Shown: positions 39,296 through 53,054, numbered from the stretch's first letter. The stretch is DNA of 64,000 nt from Hydrolagus affinis (GCA_012026655.1 JAAILG010001611.1:1-64000); one strand, 5' to 3'. A program made the numbers and translations. The notes: generated by a model from the sequence alone, not told the origin.

Positions 39296-40860
39296 AACTC
39301 AATAAGAATATGAATTAAAAAGAGATGGGAAAGCAAATCACAAACACTTCTTAATCACTATGGAGCTATCAGTCAATCAGAATGTAGGAACACAGCCCAC
39401 AGTTTATCGTACTGGCCAAATTCCAGATTATGGATCAGGATATGCCGCAGAACTTCATCCAACTTGAAAAGGAAAGTTTTATGCTTCTCTGTTCAAGGCA
39501 ATACGTTTATAGCAAGTAGTGAGAACTTAACAGTGAGGTGAAAATGTATTCTCAAACGCCAATGAAAAAGATTCACTCTGTTTCATGTTTATGTTTTATG
39601 GAATGTTCTTATGGATAGCTTGGCGTCTTTGAGGCCAAGCAATCTTGCCCTCAGCAGAAGCAATACGTATGCATAACTAAACACAGGAAATTTATAACAG
39701 TTCCCAGCATAATAAGTAACATGAGGTCAAGAGTGGAGCAGCAGTGTGATAAAATAAAATCATTCTGACATATCAACAATATATCAGGGCTATCTCTGAG
39801 TTCTTTCTTTAAAAACAGCTGCAGAAGACAAATCCTCTTGCACCAACATTCCTGGATATAAAGTGGGTTAAGGTTAATATATTCCATCTGTTTTCATTCA
39901 TTCACTTTAGACTTTTCGAGCATTTTTAAGCTGACTCATTCTTGTAATGTTGGCAGTATCAGCTAAATAGAAGTTCATTGTTTGCAGGAATTGAGTTTGT
40001 GGTTATTTTGCCATTGCTTACTGTTGTGATAATTTGTTCTGTTGCGCGTTTACCTGAGTTGTTGCGAGTTCTGGAAGCTGCTCATGGATGTGTGTCTTTG
40101 AGGATAACAAGTAGCTGTTTGCCAATAATGTATATCTGCGTAAATAACCATTGATAAGTCCTGAACTTTGTTTTGAGAATTTATCTACATCTGCATCACT
40201 ATCGTTAATATAGAAACAAAGATTAAGTAATAATTTAGCCCCTTAAAGAATTCTTGCAATGCAAATTTTGAGTTTATCTAATCATTAAGAATGATATTGT
40301 ACTTTGGATTGTGTTCTGTTTTGCTTAGAATATTTAATGGAATTATAACATTTTGCTCTGGAAAGGAAAATCACCATTGAATAAAAGGCCAACGTCTGAT
40401 GTCTGGAAAATATTTATTTTAAATTTAAAACACGTGGACCAGACCTATTTCTGCTCTATGTTCACTTGATATGATATGGATTTAGCAACATGTTCTGGCA
40501 AGTTAACAGGGTGGTCTGAGCTTGAGTTTGATAGTTTTCTTTTGATGACATTATATCTTGTATTTCTTAATTTTTAAAAATTGTTTCCACATTTTTCCCA
40601 AGACATTTAACAAACTTAAGTTTCACATTTATCATTCTCTTTGTGTTTCTAATAATGGTGAATTATTCAAAAGCGATACAAATAGTTGGAGCAAGACTTA
40701 TCTGTTGAAATTTTTTGGGACGTGAAACTAAGATACTTGTATTGGAAATTGCATTCTGTACATTGACTGTGTATTTTAGAGACATTTCTCCATTTGTACA
40801 TTTTACATCCATTTTTGTTGTTTAGTTGTAAATCTGTTGCATAAAAGAGAAAACAAAACA

Positions 40861-40962
40861 TGCCATACAAGTAGCTTTGTGTTACATCTTTGTTTGGCTG
40901 AAACTAAAACTTGCCATACAAGTAGCTTAGTGTGAAATCTTTGTTTGGCTGAAACTAAGACT
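40861..40962. repeat. 51-bp tandem duplication
   Basis: TGCCATACAAGTAGCTT.GTGT.A.ATCTTTGTTTGGCTGAAACTAA.ACT occurs twice. Confidence 0.9.
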
Positions 40963-41253
40963 GCAACTATTTAAACAAAAGATGTGCATGTGAATATTGT
41001 CTATGTGAAAGAGTCTCGGTCACACAAATTTGACAGCAACCAACACAGGACGTTAACCATGAATGCTTGGGGTTAAAAGGGTATTGCATTGATGGGGTTG
41101 ATGAATACTGTCAGTTCTTTACCGATGTGTGTTAAATCTACTCTAAATTTTTAAACTGGGAGCCCAACGTTTTTCTTTGAAAAAAAGTTTCAGTTGTTTA
41201 TTCATAAACATAGGGGGAATGTCATTTTTGTAGTGAATTCAGAGCCATACTCC

Positions 41254-41390
41254 CAGATGTTTAGGATCTGTGTCTGTCTTCTGAAGGTTTACTTGTAAAA
41301 TCCTCATAAATACACCAGGACTTTCCTGGTGTATTGATGAGGATTTTACTCGTAAACCTTCAGAAGACAGACACAGATCCTAAACATCTG
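41254..41390. repeat. Near-perfect inverted repeat (67-bp arms, 3-nt loop)
   Basis: Arms 41254-41320 and 41324-41390 are reverse complements with 3 mismatches. Confidence 0.95.
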
Positions 41391-42589
41391 TGAGCCTTTT
41401 GGTTTTCCAGGGATGGAACATTGTTACGTGACTCTCTGGTTACTATGTGGTCCTAACAACATGCATCCCCTGACCTTAGAACAGTCTCATGAACTTGTAA
41501 ACATGTTGCTGCCTGTTACATAATCAGAAGATTCTTCTTAACATCTCATCTTTTGCCAGTAGATATAACTGTGCTGCTGGTTGTAAACTTGTAAAATGTA
41601 CAGATGTGATTTGTGTTATTGTGAAAAAATACTGACAGCGAAACCAACTCCACTCGAAAAGGGGTTTTAATTTAAAATGATAAAGTCCCTTTTAGTAATT
41701 AAATCCCATTGGTGGACTCCTCTTATTGTTTTCTGGCTGTATTGTGTACCGAATGAGTGAGTAGACTTAGTTCATGTTGAAATATACTGTACATTCAGAG
41801 TCCTAGTAGCGTTGTCAGGGCTCCATCTGGTGGTATCTCTGCAAAATTCAGATAAAGGCCACTTTGACATCTCACAAGAAACCATGGAATAAGATAATGT
41901 AATTTGCCTGCCAGGCTCACCCTGTCGTGGATTCTACTGTAACTCACTGTACTGGGGAAAGTATTTACTCTCTGAACTCCAAAGATAATTGAACAAACTA
42001 CAAAGCATTCATCCACCCTAACTGTTCAATTCCAGCCTCCCTGTAATCTGGAGTTACACACCCCGCGAAGCATGAAGCTTCAAGCTTTATGAAGACACAA
42101 GCCGCTCATTGTTTTGTCAAAATCCCTCACAAGATGGGGATCCCATATCGTATGTCAACTGTATTGGCAAAGGGTGTGAAGGTTTCCTGCATCCCAGACC
42201 CCACCTTGCAGGCCGTTGAACATGCCACTGGGAGGTGCTTGAGACGAGATCAGGCATAACCTTTCGTCTGATTATTGACTTCCTCTTTTAAAGGTTACAT
42301 GACTACAGATCAATCCTTCCCCGCATTACCCGGTCATGAATTGAAGCCCTCACCATTCTGTTTCACTGTATTGCCAGATTGCAATACTGTATTTTACCTT
42401 TTCTTGTCACTGGTTATCACATATCATTGACAGTTGCATATTTTCATTTTTCCAGGGAAATCAGGTATCGGTGCAGTGCGGACGTAGCTATATACATTGT
42501 CCTCCTTTGTTCTGTAATTAGTGCAAGTTGAAACCAAAGCTTTCCGTACCTTAAATCCAATGTAAACCATTGGTATGCAAATGTAGAGT

Positions 42590-42940
42590 AATAATAATAA
42601 TCCTTGCATTTGATTTAGCTCTTTTCACATCTTCTAGACGTCTCAAAGTGCTTCACAGAATATACAGTACTGTAAAATGAATTGCATGTACAGTACATAT
42701 ATGGGCGTATACATGTAGGAAACTGGTATTTCCTGACCTCTGTCCTCACAAAAAGTACCTGTTGCCTTTGCTCTACTAGTTTCTGGCCTGCTCCTCGTCC
42801 CCCGACTTTTCTGTTTGACTGCGCTTTTGGTCACCTTTAGTTCCGTCCCCCTAGCTCGGCCCCAGGATCCGCCTTGTGAAGACCTCTGAGATGCCATCTG
42901 GCATGGAGGACGCTATATGAATCCAAGTTGTTGTTTTTGT
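42590..42940. mobile_element. SINE tail (-) followed by L2 3' fragment (+)
   Basis: aatccttgcatttgat... then ctagctcggccccaggatcc...gctatatgaatccaagttgttg. Confidence 0.65.
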
Positions 42941-44315
42941 TACTGACTATATTCTCACGTGGTGGGTTTCTGATTTTAGTCATGTTTTGGTAACATCACC
43001 ATTTTGGTTTTTCTGACTAATGCCTACAAAGTAGTGATTCCTGATGTGAAAGGTGCTAGGATTACTGTTTAGATAGTTCCGCACAACTGATTACTGCAGT
43101 ACTGATTAGAGGGCTTGCAGAGACCCACAAAGAGTAAAAAGTGCAATGCAACTTTGGGTAAAGAAAGGGTTCCTGTTTCGGATGGTGTGTTATAGCGTAG
43201 AACTTTTGACATGTAGTCTGCTGTGGTGTGTCCCTTCCTGTTATGTGACCTAAATATTGCTTCTCCTTTTAGAAAAAGATGTAGTGGTCAGTGCTACAAC
43301 CTCAGCAAATGTACTGAACTGGTGTATATGATGAAAGTGACATAGGTCATACAATTTGTATTTAAAAATTGCGTAAGTTATTTAACACAGTATTTGGCAC
43401 AATAAACTTGGGAGTAAGCTGCTCATAGTTCTCTCTTGATTGGTTTAGAACCTCTTTCCTGTGCACCTTTACTATTGTAAATACTGTACTCTGCTAATCA
43501 ACTGTTAATGCTTCACCTGTTTTATGAGCTATTAACTTCATTACATTTTCCAGTGATTGGATTTTCGATCAAAGTCCGAATTTGAGTTTTGGATATCAAG
43601 CATGTAGACATTTTTGATTCATTATTTCCAAAAGATCTAGAATTTCTGATGATGTTGAATAATTTTAATATTAATTAAATCATTCCAAACAGTGGTAAAT
43701 CAATAGATACAGCTGCACTCACCACTCTCAGCATATCTGAAGCTGACCCTGTGTTCAATGAAGAGAATTCTTATAGCAGGTTTTATTAAAGCAAAATGGT
43801 ACTTTCAAGTTGGTAATAGCAGAATGAGAGATAATAAAGTACTGTATTAACAAATCCCCTTCTTTCGTGTTGTGGGCAGAATTAAGTGGACTCATTTCAA
43901 AGAGCAGTTTGAGAGCAAAGTTGATGGTCATTTTGATTTCTGAGTTACATTACATTTCTGAGATGTGCCTTGCAGGTATATTTCATTTTACCATATTAGT
44001 TGTTGTTTGCGGTTATTTGGAGCTCAGTTTTCTCTGTCATTTTCTTCAAGATAGTTTTTGGATGTCTAAAGGGGTATGCTGTTTGCTTTTTTTTAAAAAA
44101 AGTTTGTTTTCCCTACATTACTGATTCGTCAACATTGTACCTTGCCTGGAAGATTAAGACTAGCAGCAAATCTCTGGCACAAACACAGACACAAGCACAC
44201 ACAGTTCTTTTGTCTGCCAACCCACACTTACTGTCAGCTCGCTGGAGTACTAAATTAGGTATCTGTTTTTAATGTATTTATGAATCTGAATCCTCTCAAT
44301 TTTGTTTTGGAACAG

Positions 44316-44862
44316 GTACTATTTTTACAGCAAAAAAGGATGGCTTATTAACTGCCCTTTTGTGGATAATTCATACAAATGGGCCGGTGGTGGTTTTCTC
44401 TCAACAGTCCAGGACCTGCTTAAGTTTGGAAATGCCATGCTTTACAGCTACCAGTCCAAGCACTTTCAGAAAGGAGATCATTGCCATCTACCAGGTTACC
44501 TCAAGCCAGAGACGATAAAGATGTTGTGGACTCCAGTGGAAAAAACGGAACTGGCTTGGGACAAAGATGGCATGTATGCCATGGGCTGGGGTGTGATAGA
44601 ACAAAAGCAGAAGTACGGTCAGTGTCGCCTGCAGCGCCATTATCTGACGCACACCGGTGGAGCAGTTGGTGCAAGCAGCGTATTACTTGTACTTCCTGAA
44701 GACACCTACACAGCAGCTTTACCGGAGGAGGATGCAGTTCCACCACGAGGCACTGTGGTTACCATTCTCTGCAACATGCAGTCTGCCTCCCTCAACAGCA
44801 CAGCTTTGCAAATCGCATTAGAATTTGATAAAGTCAAGACAACCAATAACCAGAATATTTAA
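44316..44862 (+). CDS. LACTB: LACTB exon 6 (terminal, HTG motif)
   Basis: YYFYSKKGWLINCPFVDNSYKWAGGGFLSTVQDLLKFG...HTGGAVGASSVLL...ALEFDK; stop TAA; candidate AATAAA at 46954. Confidence 0.96.
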
Positions 44863-45490
44863 GTAAAATTCTGTGTGATTCCGAGGCTTTTGTAGATTGA
44901 TCTAAAAAAATAATTGGAAAACATACTGATGGAACTAATATAATTTTCAACTAAATATCTCCAGGATATTATGGATCAATCTATAATGTAATTTGTACTA
45001 CGTGCTGGATTTGCCTTTTTCTATATACATCTTAAACCTCCAGACCCAGTTGAACCATGATTTAACAGAATATTTTTCTGATCCTACACAGATTATGCGC
45101 AAATGTGGTCTTCTGCGTTTTACGTTAACAAGAACTTAGTGTTGAATATTACAAGATTTTACATAGACAATGAAGTGGTGAAGGGCTAACAACAAATAAT
45201 AGCTGATATAATGTTTACAAGAAGTTCAAGATACGTTCAAGATACTGTATTGCATGTTCTTGCCACAAACAACAAATTATGTTTCTATAATAGAGAGAAC
45301 GTTTGACTTTTATTAGCTAACGATCTAATGCATTTTATACTTTTTTCTTTCTGTTTGTGGTAAAGAGCAGGAAATAGCCTCTAAAAATAGGTGCATCACG
45401 TGTCTGGCCAAAAGGCCTCAGAATATCATACATAAAAAGTGAAATGCCCTATGAAATGAAATGTTAAATAATTTCACTTGAGTGATGCAG

Positions 45491-45812
45491 ATTATAATAA
45501 TAATCCTTGAATTTGATATAGTGCTTTTCACGTCTTCTAAACTTCTCAAAGCACTTCACAGAATATATTGTTAAATGAATTGACTGTATATTTGTGGGCA
45601 AAACTCAGCAACCAATTGTGCACAGCAGTGTCCCACAAACAATCGTGGATTGAAATTATCGATTTTTTTTTTAGGGATTATTAATAGGCATGTGGAGTAA
45701 GGAAATTTGCCCAGAGTTTCACCCTGCCTGTAATTGAACCCAGGTCTCCCACTTGTAAGGGCGTACTCTAACCACTGAGCTACTGGACTCCTCATGTAGC
45801 TCTTTACAGCTA
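45491..45812 (-). mobile_element. Full-length tRNA-derived SINE (antisense, in putative LACTB 3'UTR)
   Basis: Head GTAGCTCAGTGGTTAGAGTACGCC on the minus strand; body and tail as other copies. Confidence 0.87.
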
Positions 45813-47289
45813 CAGCATTCTTCATAACAAATTATAGAGTAATTTGCAAGTTATTGATCCAGAGGTTGATCACAGCTCCACCCAGTTTGCCCTCAACTGA
45901 TGTCCACAATTCTTGCAGCGGAATTTTTCCTCGCTAATCTCGCCCACAGAGGTTATTTACCATTTGCTCTCCATTGTAGCTCTTTTACCGCTGCGGACTA
46001 AGACAGATTCTATTCCATTCTGTGAGTTTTGTAAATTTAATTGTTTTTACAGTGGAACCTCACTAATAAAGTCAGCAAAGGTCAGAGGAATTTTGACTAT
46101 TATTGTTTCATGGTACAGCGCTTTGAACCACCACTGATAAGAAGTAGATGTACTGCAGTTGCTGTGGTTCAGCTTTAATGTGCCTTGCAAATCATACAAG
46201 GAACTGCTGAAGCTGGTTGGTGCTAATCCACATGAACTGTAGTGCAGAAAAGATAGCCTGACCTGAAGTTTCGAAGGAGATGGTAATTGAATTTAGCCCA
46301 GCTCTCACTGCTTCTGTCTAAAGTAAGGTAATCTGTAACCCATGTGTGGGATGCACTGTAAAATTTAGGCAATGAATATGGAATGGCAGCCGGCGCACGA
46401 CTGGTTAGGAAGATGCTACATAACTAACCACTTCCAGTTCAACACTTATTCAGTCAACAGCTGCAACTGTTATCAGTCACTTGCAGAGATATTAGCTTTC
46501 ATGCAAATATCTATTAAAATAAACTAGAAGCGGTAATTGAAAGATGTGTGTTGAACATATTCTGTTATCTCACCATAAATGCATTGTGTATGTCGTAATA
46601 CAAATCTCCGAAGTTTGTGACTAATAATCTTAGAAGGTGTTCAGATGTGGACTAAATTTTCACCAGAACGTTTCTTACAATGATGTATGTTTTTCTTTTC
46701 CAAGATGTTTTTTTTTCAAATCATTTATTTTGCTAGTTTTATTTGCGTGAAAAATGCTGTTCTGCCAACACTGTATTGCAGGTTTTTGCCACAACCCCTG
46801 CATTTAGTGATTTACTCTATTGTGTAGTAATTACTAGAAGCTTATTCTACTGCTAACACTCAAGTACTGTACTTGATTCACGACTATCCGACTGCTTGCA
46901 AAATTTGCTTTAAATATACTGTATATACTTTAAATATCGTCAGTCACATTTCAAATAAAATTATTGAAAAGCTTAATTGGTTATCAGTGGTTATAATTGG
47001 TCTGTCCTAAATACAGTCACCTAGCTTTATAGCAATTATTTGTTATTTGAAATCTCTTGATAATGGTGCTATATCAAACAAAGGTAGGCTTTGTTTGAAA
47101 TTAACCTGACCAACATAATAACTAAAACAAATAAATATACAACTATACAGACATTTGTTTGGATGCCATTCTGATTTTTATTGATGGTTGTATCTGCATA
47201 GCAGTGAAACACTGTAAATACACTTCTCTAACAAAACTTTATGTACTTAATTTGCTTGTAGAAATCATAGGTCTGTCTGCAACTGGAGT

Positions 47290-47645
47290 GTGCACACCTC
47301 ACTTCACTTCTGGCCACCTCTACTTCAGGAAATAAGTTAGGGCCTTGAAGAGGGTGGAGAGGAGGATTAGGAAATTGTTCCTTGGGATAAAAGGCTGGAG
47401 TTACGACAGGAGATTGGAGAAGCTGGGCTTGTTTTCATTGGATCAAAGTAGGTTGAGTGGGGGCAGGGTGGGTCCTGATTTAGGTGTACAAAATCATGAG
47501 GGATTGTGTTAGCGTAAATAGCATTTCTATTGGGATGTGGAATGCCCTGCCTAGTCGGATGATGGAGGTGCAATCCATTGCAGCTTTCAAGAGGAAGGTA
47601 CAGTCATTTGAAGATGAAAGGCTGGAGGGGGCAATGGGATTGAAG
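47290..47645 (+). mobile_element. CR1 fragment
   Basis: LKRVERR...LEKLGLFSL..VYKIMR..WNALP-type ORF2 remnants. Confidence 0.7.
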
Positions 47646-47788
47646 CGATATCCTTGCTCTGGATGCCCTCCTTCGGTATAGATTTCTGTTTAATCATTCA
47701 TTGGAATCAATGAAATAATTTTCCATGCCAGGGATGCTATAGATTTAAAATTAATATAGGAATGTAGCTCAAACAATCCTAATAAAGT

Positions 47789-47817
47789 TTAGTGTTGTTT
47801 TCTCCGAAATGAGCAAC
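47789..47817 (-). CDS. RPS27L: 40S ribosomal protein S27-like exon 4
   Basis: (G)CSFRRKQH*; CAG acceptor; ATTAAA on the minus strand at 47689-47694. Confidence 0.93.
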
Positions 47818-48551
47818 CTGAAAGAAACAACAACAATAAATGGTTTGTTGTTCAGCCATGACACCGCAAAACCCTGGAACACTCTTCCTTCATTTCTCCG
47901 CCTTGTCCCTTCCTGCCCTCATCTATAAGTTCCTTCTTGGCGATGTCATGCACAGACATGGCGTAAACTTCCAAATGTATGTGAATGACAATGTCTTCTA
48001 TCCTATGGCTCCGACCTCTTCAACATCCCTGGCATATCCTTCAAACTTACCAAACGAACCAACAACTTGCACTTATAACAACAACAATAAAATTACACTT
48101 GTATAGTGCCTTTCACGTCAGAAGGACGTCTCAAGGCACTGGACAGATATTGTTATATAGTGCTTTCTATGCAGGGCAGCGTCTCAGAGCGTTTACAAGT
48201 GGTGGAGTCTGATTCCTTGCCAGGGAGGGGGAAGGTGGCTATAATCATGGTCGAAAAGGAAGGTTTTGAGGCGGGACTTCGCCCCCTTCGCCACCCCCGC
48301 CCCACCCCTGCTGCTCTGAGTCGTGTTCCACCTCACACTCTTCCAGTACCCTGCGTGAGGGGCATCATATAAATGCAAGTTGTTGTTGTTGAATCGGGTA
48401 TTATGAGTTACAAAATTGATGACAGATTTTTGGCTTCTGTCCAGAGCACAGTGGTTGATTATTAGAAAATGAACATAAAACTGCAGACAAAACGTGACAA
48501 AACAGTTGCGTTTGTATTAAAAAGTAGATCTCGTAAACTTTCCCCACCCAC

Positions 48552-48662
48552 CTTCTGTGAGTCTGGCTTTCCCCCCTGTGGGCTGACAGAGGGGAGTCAT
48601 GCAGCCGACACATGGCACCACAGTCTGAGCATGGCTGAAAATGGTTGTGATTTTATAGCAGC
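48552..48662 (-). CDS. RPS27L: RPS27L exon 3
   Basis: [37 protein letters not shown]; 111 nt. Confidence 0.95.
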
Positions 48663-49685
48663 CTGGAAGACAATGAACATATGTTAGATGGCAAAGTTTA
48701 ACACAGAAACAAACTCTTCCCAAGAGACATCAGGCAGGGGTGTTGTCTGGTGTAAACACGCTGCACATTTGTATCCTGCGATCGTTCGAAAAACCAAATA
48801 CTGTATATGTATATTTTGTCTCCCAATTTTTTTAAATCAATGCTTAATGAATTCTTGTTCCTATGAGTAAGGAAGAAAATCAGGCTGCATGGAAGTTAGG
48901 ACAGACTGAGAATTGTGACACTCATTGTCTGTGCATAGAAATGAAAAACCGTTGCTTTGCTTGGAATTGTGCCCTTTCCAATAATAAATATCCTGTCTCT
49001 CATTAGTTAACAGTAAAAAAATTTTGTGGAAGAGTTATGATTAAGACATGCTCTGAACCCATACATACCCACGTGATTTCAAATAGACTTAAATTGTGTA
49101 TTGCAATATCTGTTTAAATAAAGTTCACTCAGACAATCTGACCTTTGTGACCCATGTGAGACCGCTGTGTGTATTTATCTTACTCTAGGCTGCAAATCAA
49201 ACAGTACAAAATTATTCAGGCTGCAATTCTGTAATTACAGCATTCAATCATGTACAATCTATATTGTATATGACTAAGTATTTTAAAGTAAATATTCTAA
49301 AGTAAGGGCACATGTAGCTGATTCTATTGGGTGTGTGTTATTTGTAAGATTTTCAACATGGAAATGACAAATAATACTTTTGGGGTGGATATTTTCTTAA
49401 AGAGAATAATTATCCGCAAAACCCAAACAATTTTTTATTATAACTCCGGGGTTATTTTCACTCACTTGAAAACAAGACAGGAAAGAGATGATGGTATTTG
49501 AGGGAGGGGTGGGGGGCAGAGAGGAGAGTACATAGAAAGGGAAAGGAAAACATGGCAGCTTCCTGGACAGTTAGTTGTGTGGAGACTTTTGAGATATCTT
49601 CCCAAAATGAAAGGCACAAGACAAAATGTGAATTGTATTGCATTATATTGTTCGGGTCCCAACGCCTGTTGTCTCAGAACAATAC

Positions 49686-49794
49686 CTGGACATTTGACAT
49701 CCATAAAGTAGGAGTTAGGGCTCTGCACCAAACGCTTCTTCTTATGCTGCCTCCTCTCCTTTTCAAGGGTTGGGTGCAGCAAATCCTTTGCTAA
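49686..49794 (-). CDS. RPS27L: RPS27L exon 2
   Basis: [36 protein letters not shown]; 109 nt. Confidence 0.95.
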
Positions 49795-51796
49795 CTATAA
49801 GATATAGTAATGTGAAAAATATATATTTTACAAAGATTGCTTGAAACTTGAAAAATTTCAAATGAAATGCTTGAAAATTACAAAGCAAGACAGGCACTAA
49901 CAACTCAACAGAAAGGGAAAATGGAAAGAAATGAATGAGACAAAGAATAAAAATTTCCGTTCCATTACAAAACTGTTCTTAGAAACCCAGCAACTCTATT
50001 CAAGTGAAGTCAATATTGTCAAGGTTCTTTAAAAGAAAGTTATAGTTGTGTTGGGTCTACAGGAATTTCTTTTTTGTCATTAAAATATTTGAGGATAAAT
50101 CTGGGTTATTGGGAGTTTCTCAACATCTATGAATTGAGAGAACCTCACAACTAATATCTGATTCATTTAGCAACCAGTTTCTCTCTTTGATAACAGAAAC
50201 CGTTTAAAAACATATGTTTTGTCTTTTGAGCTGTATTTATTCAAAGTCCCATGGTCAGGGCAACCAAAGAGTAAATAAATAATCAGCCGTCAAAAGCAAT
50301 AAATTAAACATATTTAAAAAGTCAAACTGGTAATCCACCTATCACAAAGCAATGAATTAATGTAAACCTAGTTGGTGGGACTGATTTTGAATCATTCCAA
50401 ATTGTACATATGCATTTCCTTTAATTATGGCTTCTTTGTAAGGGAGTGGGAAGGATGGGTAAGCGTCAGTTTTAAGTGTTCCATCCTGTGTCTCCTTGTA
50501 CAATAACATCGCTTCGGACGAGAAGGGTTCATCATTTTGTTCCTAGGTCTGTCTCTCAATCGATTGCTACAGCAACTTTCAACGACTTTTCCATCCAACA
50601 ATGGCAGAACTGAGTTGCGGAATTTGAGAAGCATGGAGGAGGAAGAGGAGGAGGGAAGCACGAGTTAAATGTGTGAATCTTTCGATGCAAACACCCACTC
50701 TAAAGCAGGTGCTGAGGCTCAAAAGTGTTCCATCAAATTGCATCATTTTTCCCTGCAGATTAATTTTCAATTATTGTAAAATTCAAAACAGCCCTGCACC
50801 AGTGGGATTGGGTACTGTACTCTCCCCATTACACAGTCACTCCATTATTGCGGAGAGAAATGTTTCAATTGAATTGAATTTCAAAACTTTCATTTCGCCC
50901 AGGAAATATAGTCAAATTCATTTTACGGTATATTCTGCGAAGCCCTTTGAGACGCCTCGCGGATGTGATAAGGCGATAAATCAGATGCAAAGTATTCCGA
51001 TGGTTATTTTCCCTGTTTTGGGTCGAACTATTCGGGTGGACCTTTGCCTTCACTTTGTTAAAACTGTAGTGCAAGGAAATCATTTCAATCGGTGATGTCA
51101 CATTGGAAAGTGATTTAACAAAGATCAGCAGTTCAATCTGGCACTGTTAGTGCCTGGGTGGGGCCCATTTACTCAAAAACAATGTGCACGTCATTATTTT
51201 TTCCTGGAATCTTTAAAACATGGAACAAAACCACTAAACGTGTATCAGCATCTGCAGAATCTTTCCATTATGGAGCCTGTTTACTTTCGGGGACTTGGCC
51301 AAATAATCATACGTTTCACCGCTTAGAACTCTGTTTCACTGTAACATTAACAGCTCACAAATATACGGTCAGTTCACTTTATGGTATATTCTGTGAAGTG
51401 CTTTTGAAACGTCTAGAAGACGTGAAAAGCACCGTATCGAATGCAAGGATTGTTTTATTACAAACTGTTCAGTCTTAAACCTTATCCCTCCAGCTTCCCG
51501 CACTGATCCCTACAACTAACTTTCCCAAACTCTGGTTAAATAAAAGGGAAAAAAAGGGAAGGGGGTGTGGGTGGGTGGAATCCTAAATGGTTAGTCTGGT
51601 TAGGAAGTCTGAGAAGGAAGGCATTGAACGACTCCAGTAAACCGTGTTGCTCTTTCCATTGCTGAAACAGTAAGTCATAAATAAATACGTCATAAATAAA
51701 TGTATTTTAAAAATAAATAAAAACAAAGCTTCAAACTCTGCACTGCGCGACCCTCCTTGCATTAACTTCCCTCTAACCCTCACACACTGTCACTCA

Positions 51797-51896
51797 NNNN
51801 NNNNNNNNNNNNNNNNNNNNNNNNNNNNNNNNNNNNNNNNNNNNNNNNNNNNNNNNNNNNNNNNNNNNNNNNNNNNNNNNNNNNNNNNNNNNNNNN
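51797..51896. other. Assembly gap (100 N)
   Basis: Run of N. Confidence 1.
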
Positions 51897-52026
51897 CCCC
51901 CCCCACCCCCAATAACTCACTGAGTGATTTCCTCTCCTCTCTCCCTCTCCTCTCAGTAACCGATACAGTGTGCGTCCATTGATGCGCTAGTGTGTAGCTG
52001 TCCCACAGGGGCAGCCAGTGACTTAC

Positions 52027-52032
52027 AGGCAT
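52027..52032 (-). CDS. RPS27L: RPS27L exon 1 (ATG CCT)
   Basis: ACAATGCCT|GTAAGT; the four exons total 255 nt = 84 aa; paralog assigned by synteny with LACTB/RAB8B. Confidence 0.88.
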
Positions 52033-52099
52033 TGTGTTTGACGGCAGAAATGAACTGATTCTCCTGACCCTCTCCCCACTGTTCACTGCGAGCGGCTGC

Positions 52100-52200
52100 T
52101 CTGTCTTTCCCCGACTTTATTGACTCACACCAGGGCGGGGGGAACTTTACACTTGCTTTGATAAACATACACGTAGGACTTCCGTTTCCTCTCACCACTG
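52100..52200 (-). promoter_or_regulatory. RPS27L: RPS27L promoter
   Basis: AP-1 TGACTCA at 52121, GC box GGGCGGG at ~52133, ETS-like CGGAAGT (minus) at ~52178. Confidence 0.5.
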
Positions 52201-53054
52201 TTTCAAGGGAAATTTAGGGGGGGAAACCTGGGAATGTTGTGTTATTATTTCTATGAGTGGGGAGGTTGGTCCTATTGATGTACAATTGAAAAGGTTTTAT
52301 TACAGCAAAAAAATGCATTGGGGGATTTTTGTTTGGGTGTGGAGGAGAGGGGGGATTATTGAAGCGAATCGAATCCCGTACGCTTCGCGTTATTTGGCAC
52401 TCAGTTATTCCTTTTTTTTTAATCTCTACCCAGTACATATCGATATAGCCCCCAACCTAAAACTTAACAGTTCAAGTATTTTATAATACAGTACGTAATA
52501 ACCCTTGCGTTTGATGTAGCGCTTTTCACGTCTTCCAGACGTCTCAAAGCGCTTCACAGAATATACTGTAAAGTGAATTGACTGTATATTTGTGACTGTA
52601 TACCACCCCTCCCCCCAAACCTCTTTGGAAAACCTTAGAACCCAGGTGCCCAAAAAAGTGTTTTAAGATTGCACTTTCTAAATTATTTAGTAAACTGCTT
52701 TAAAAAGGGGAACTGGACCCAAGAATCAGATGAAATATTGTTGAGAGAAACGCCTTATGAATATCAAATATATCAAATGGTTAGGCTTTGAAATACTATC
52801 AGCAATCGAAGATTCAATCCATGATCGTGGTTGGTGTGTGTCACAGTAGACGAACAACAAAATAGTTGACTTCAAATAGTTGATTTTTACATGTTTCAAT
52901 AAAGACCACTTCATAATGAATTTCCAACTTCTATAAAGTACATTTTCAATTGCCAATCTGAGCAAATTCCTGTATCTATCTTTGTGATCAGTGTTAATTT
53001 CCTTTCAGATTTTGCACATTGCCTCATTTTGCTAATTTTTTCATCCTTAACGTA

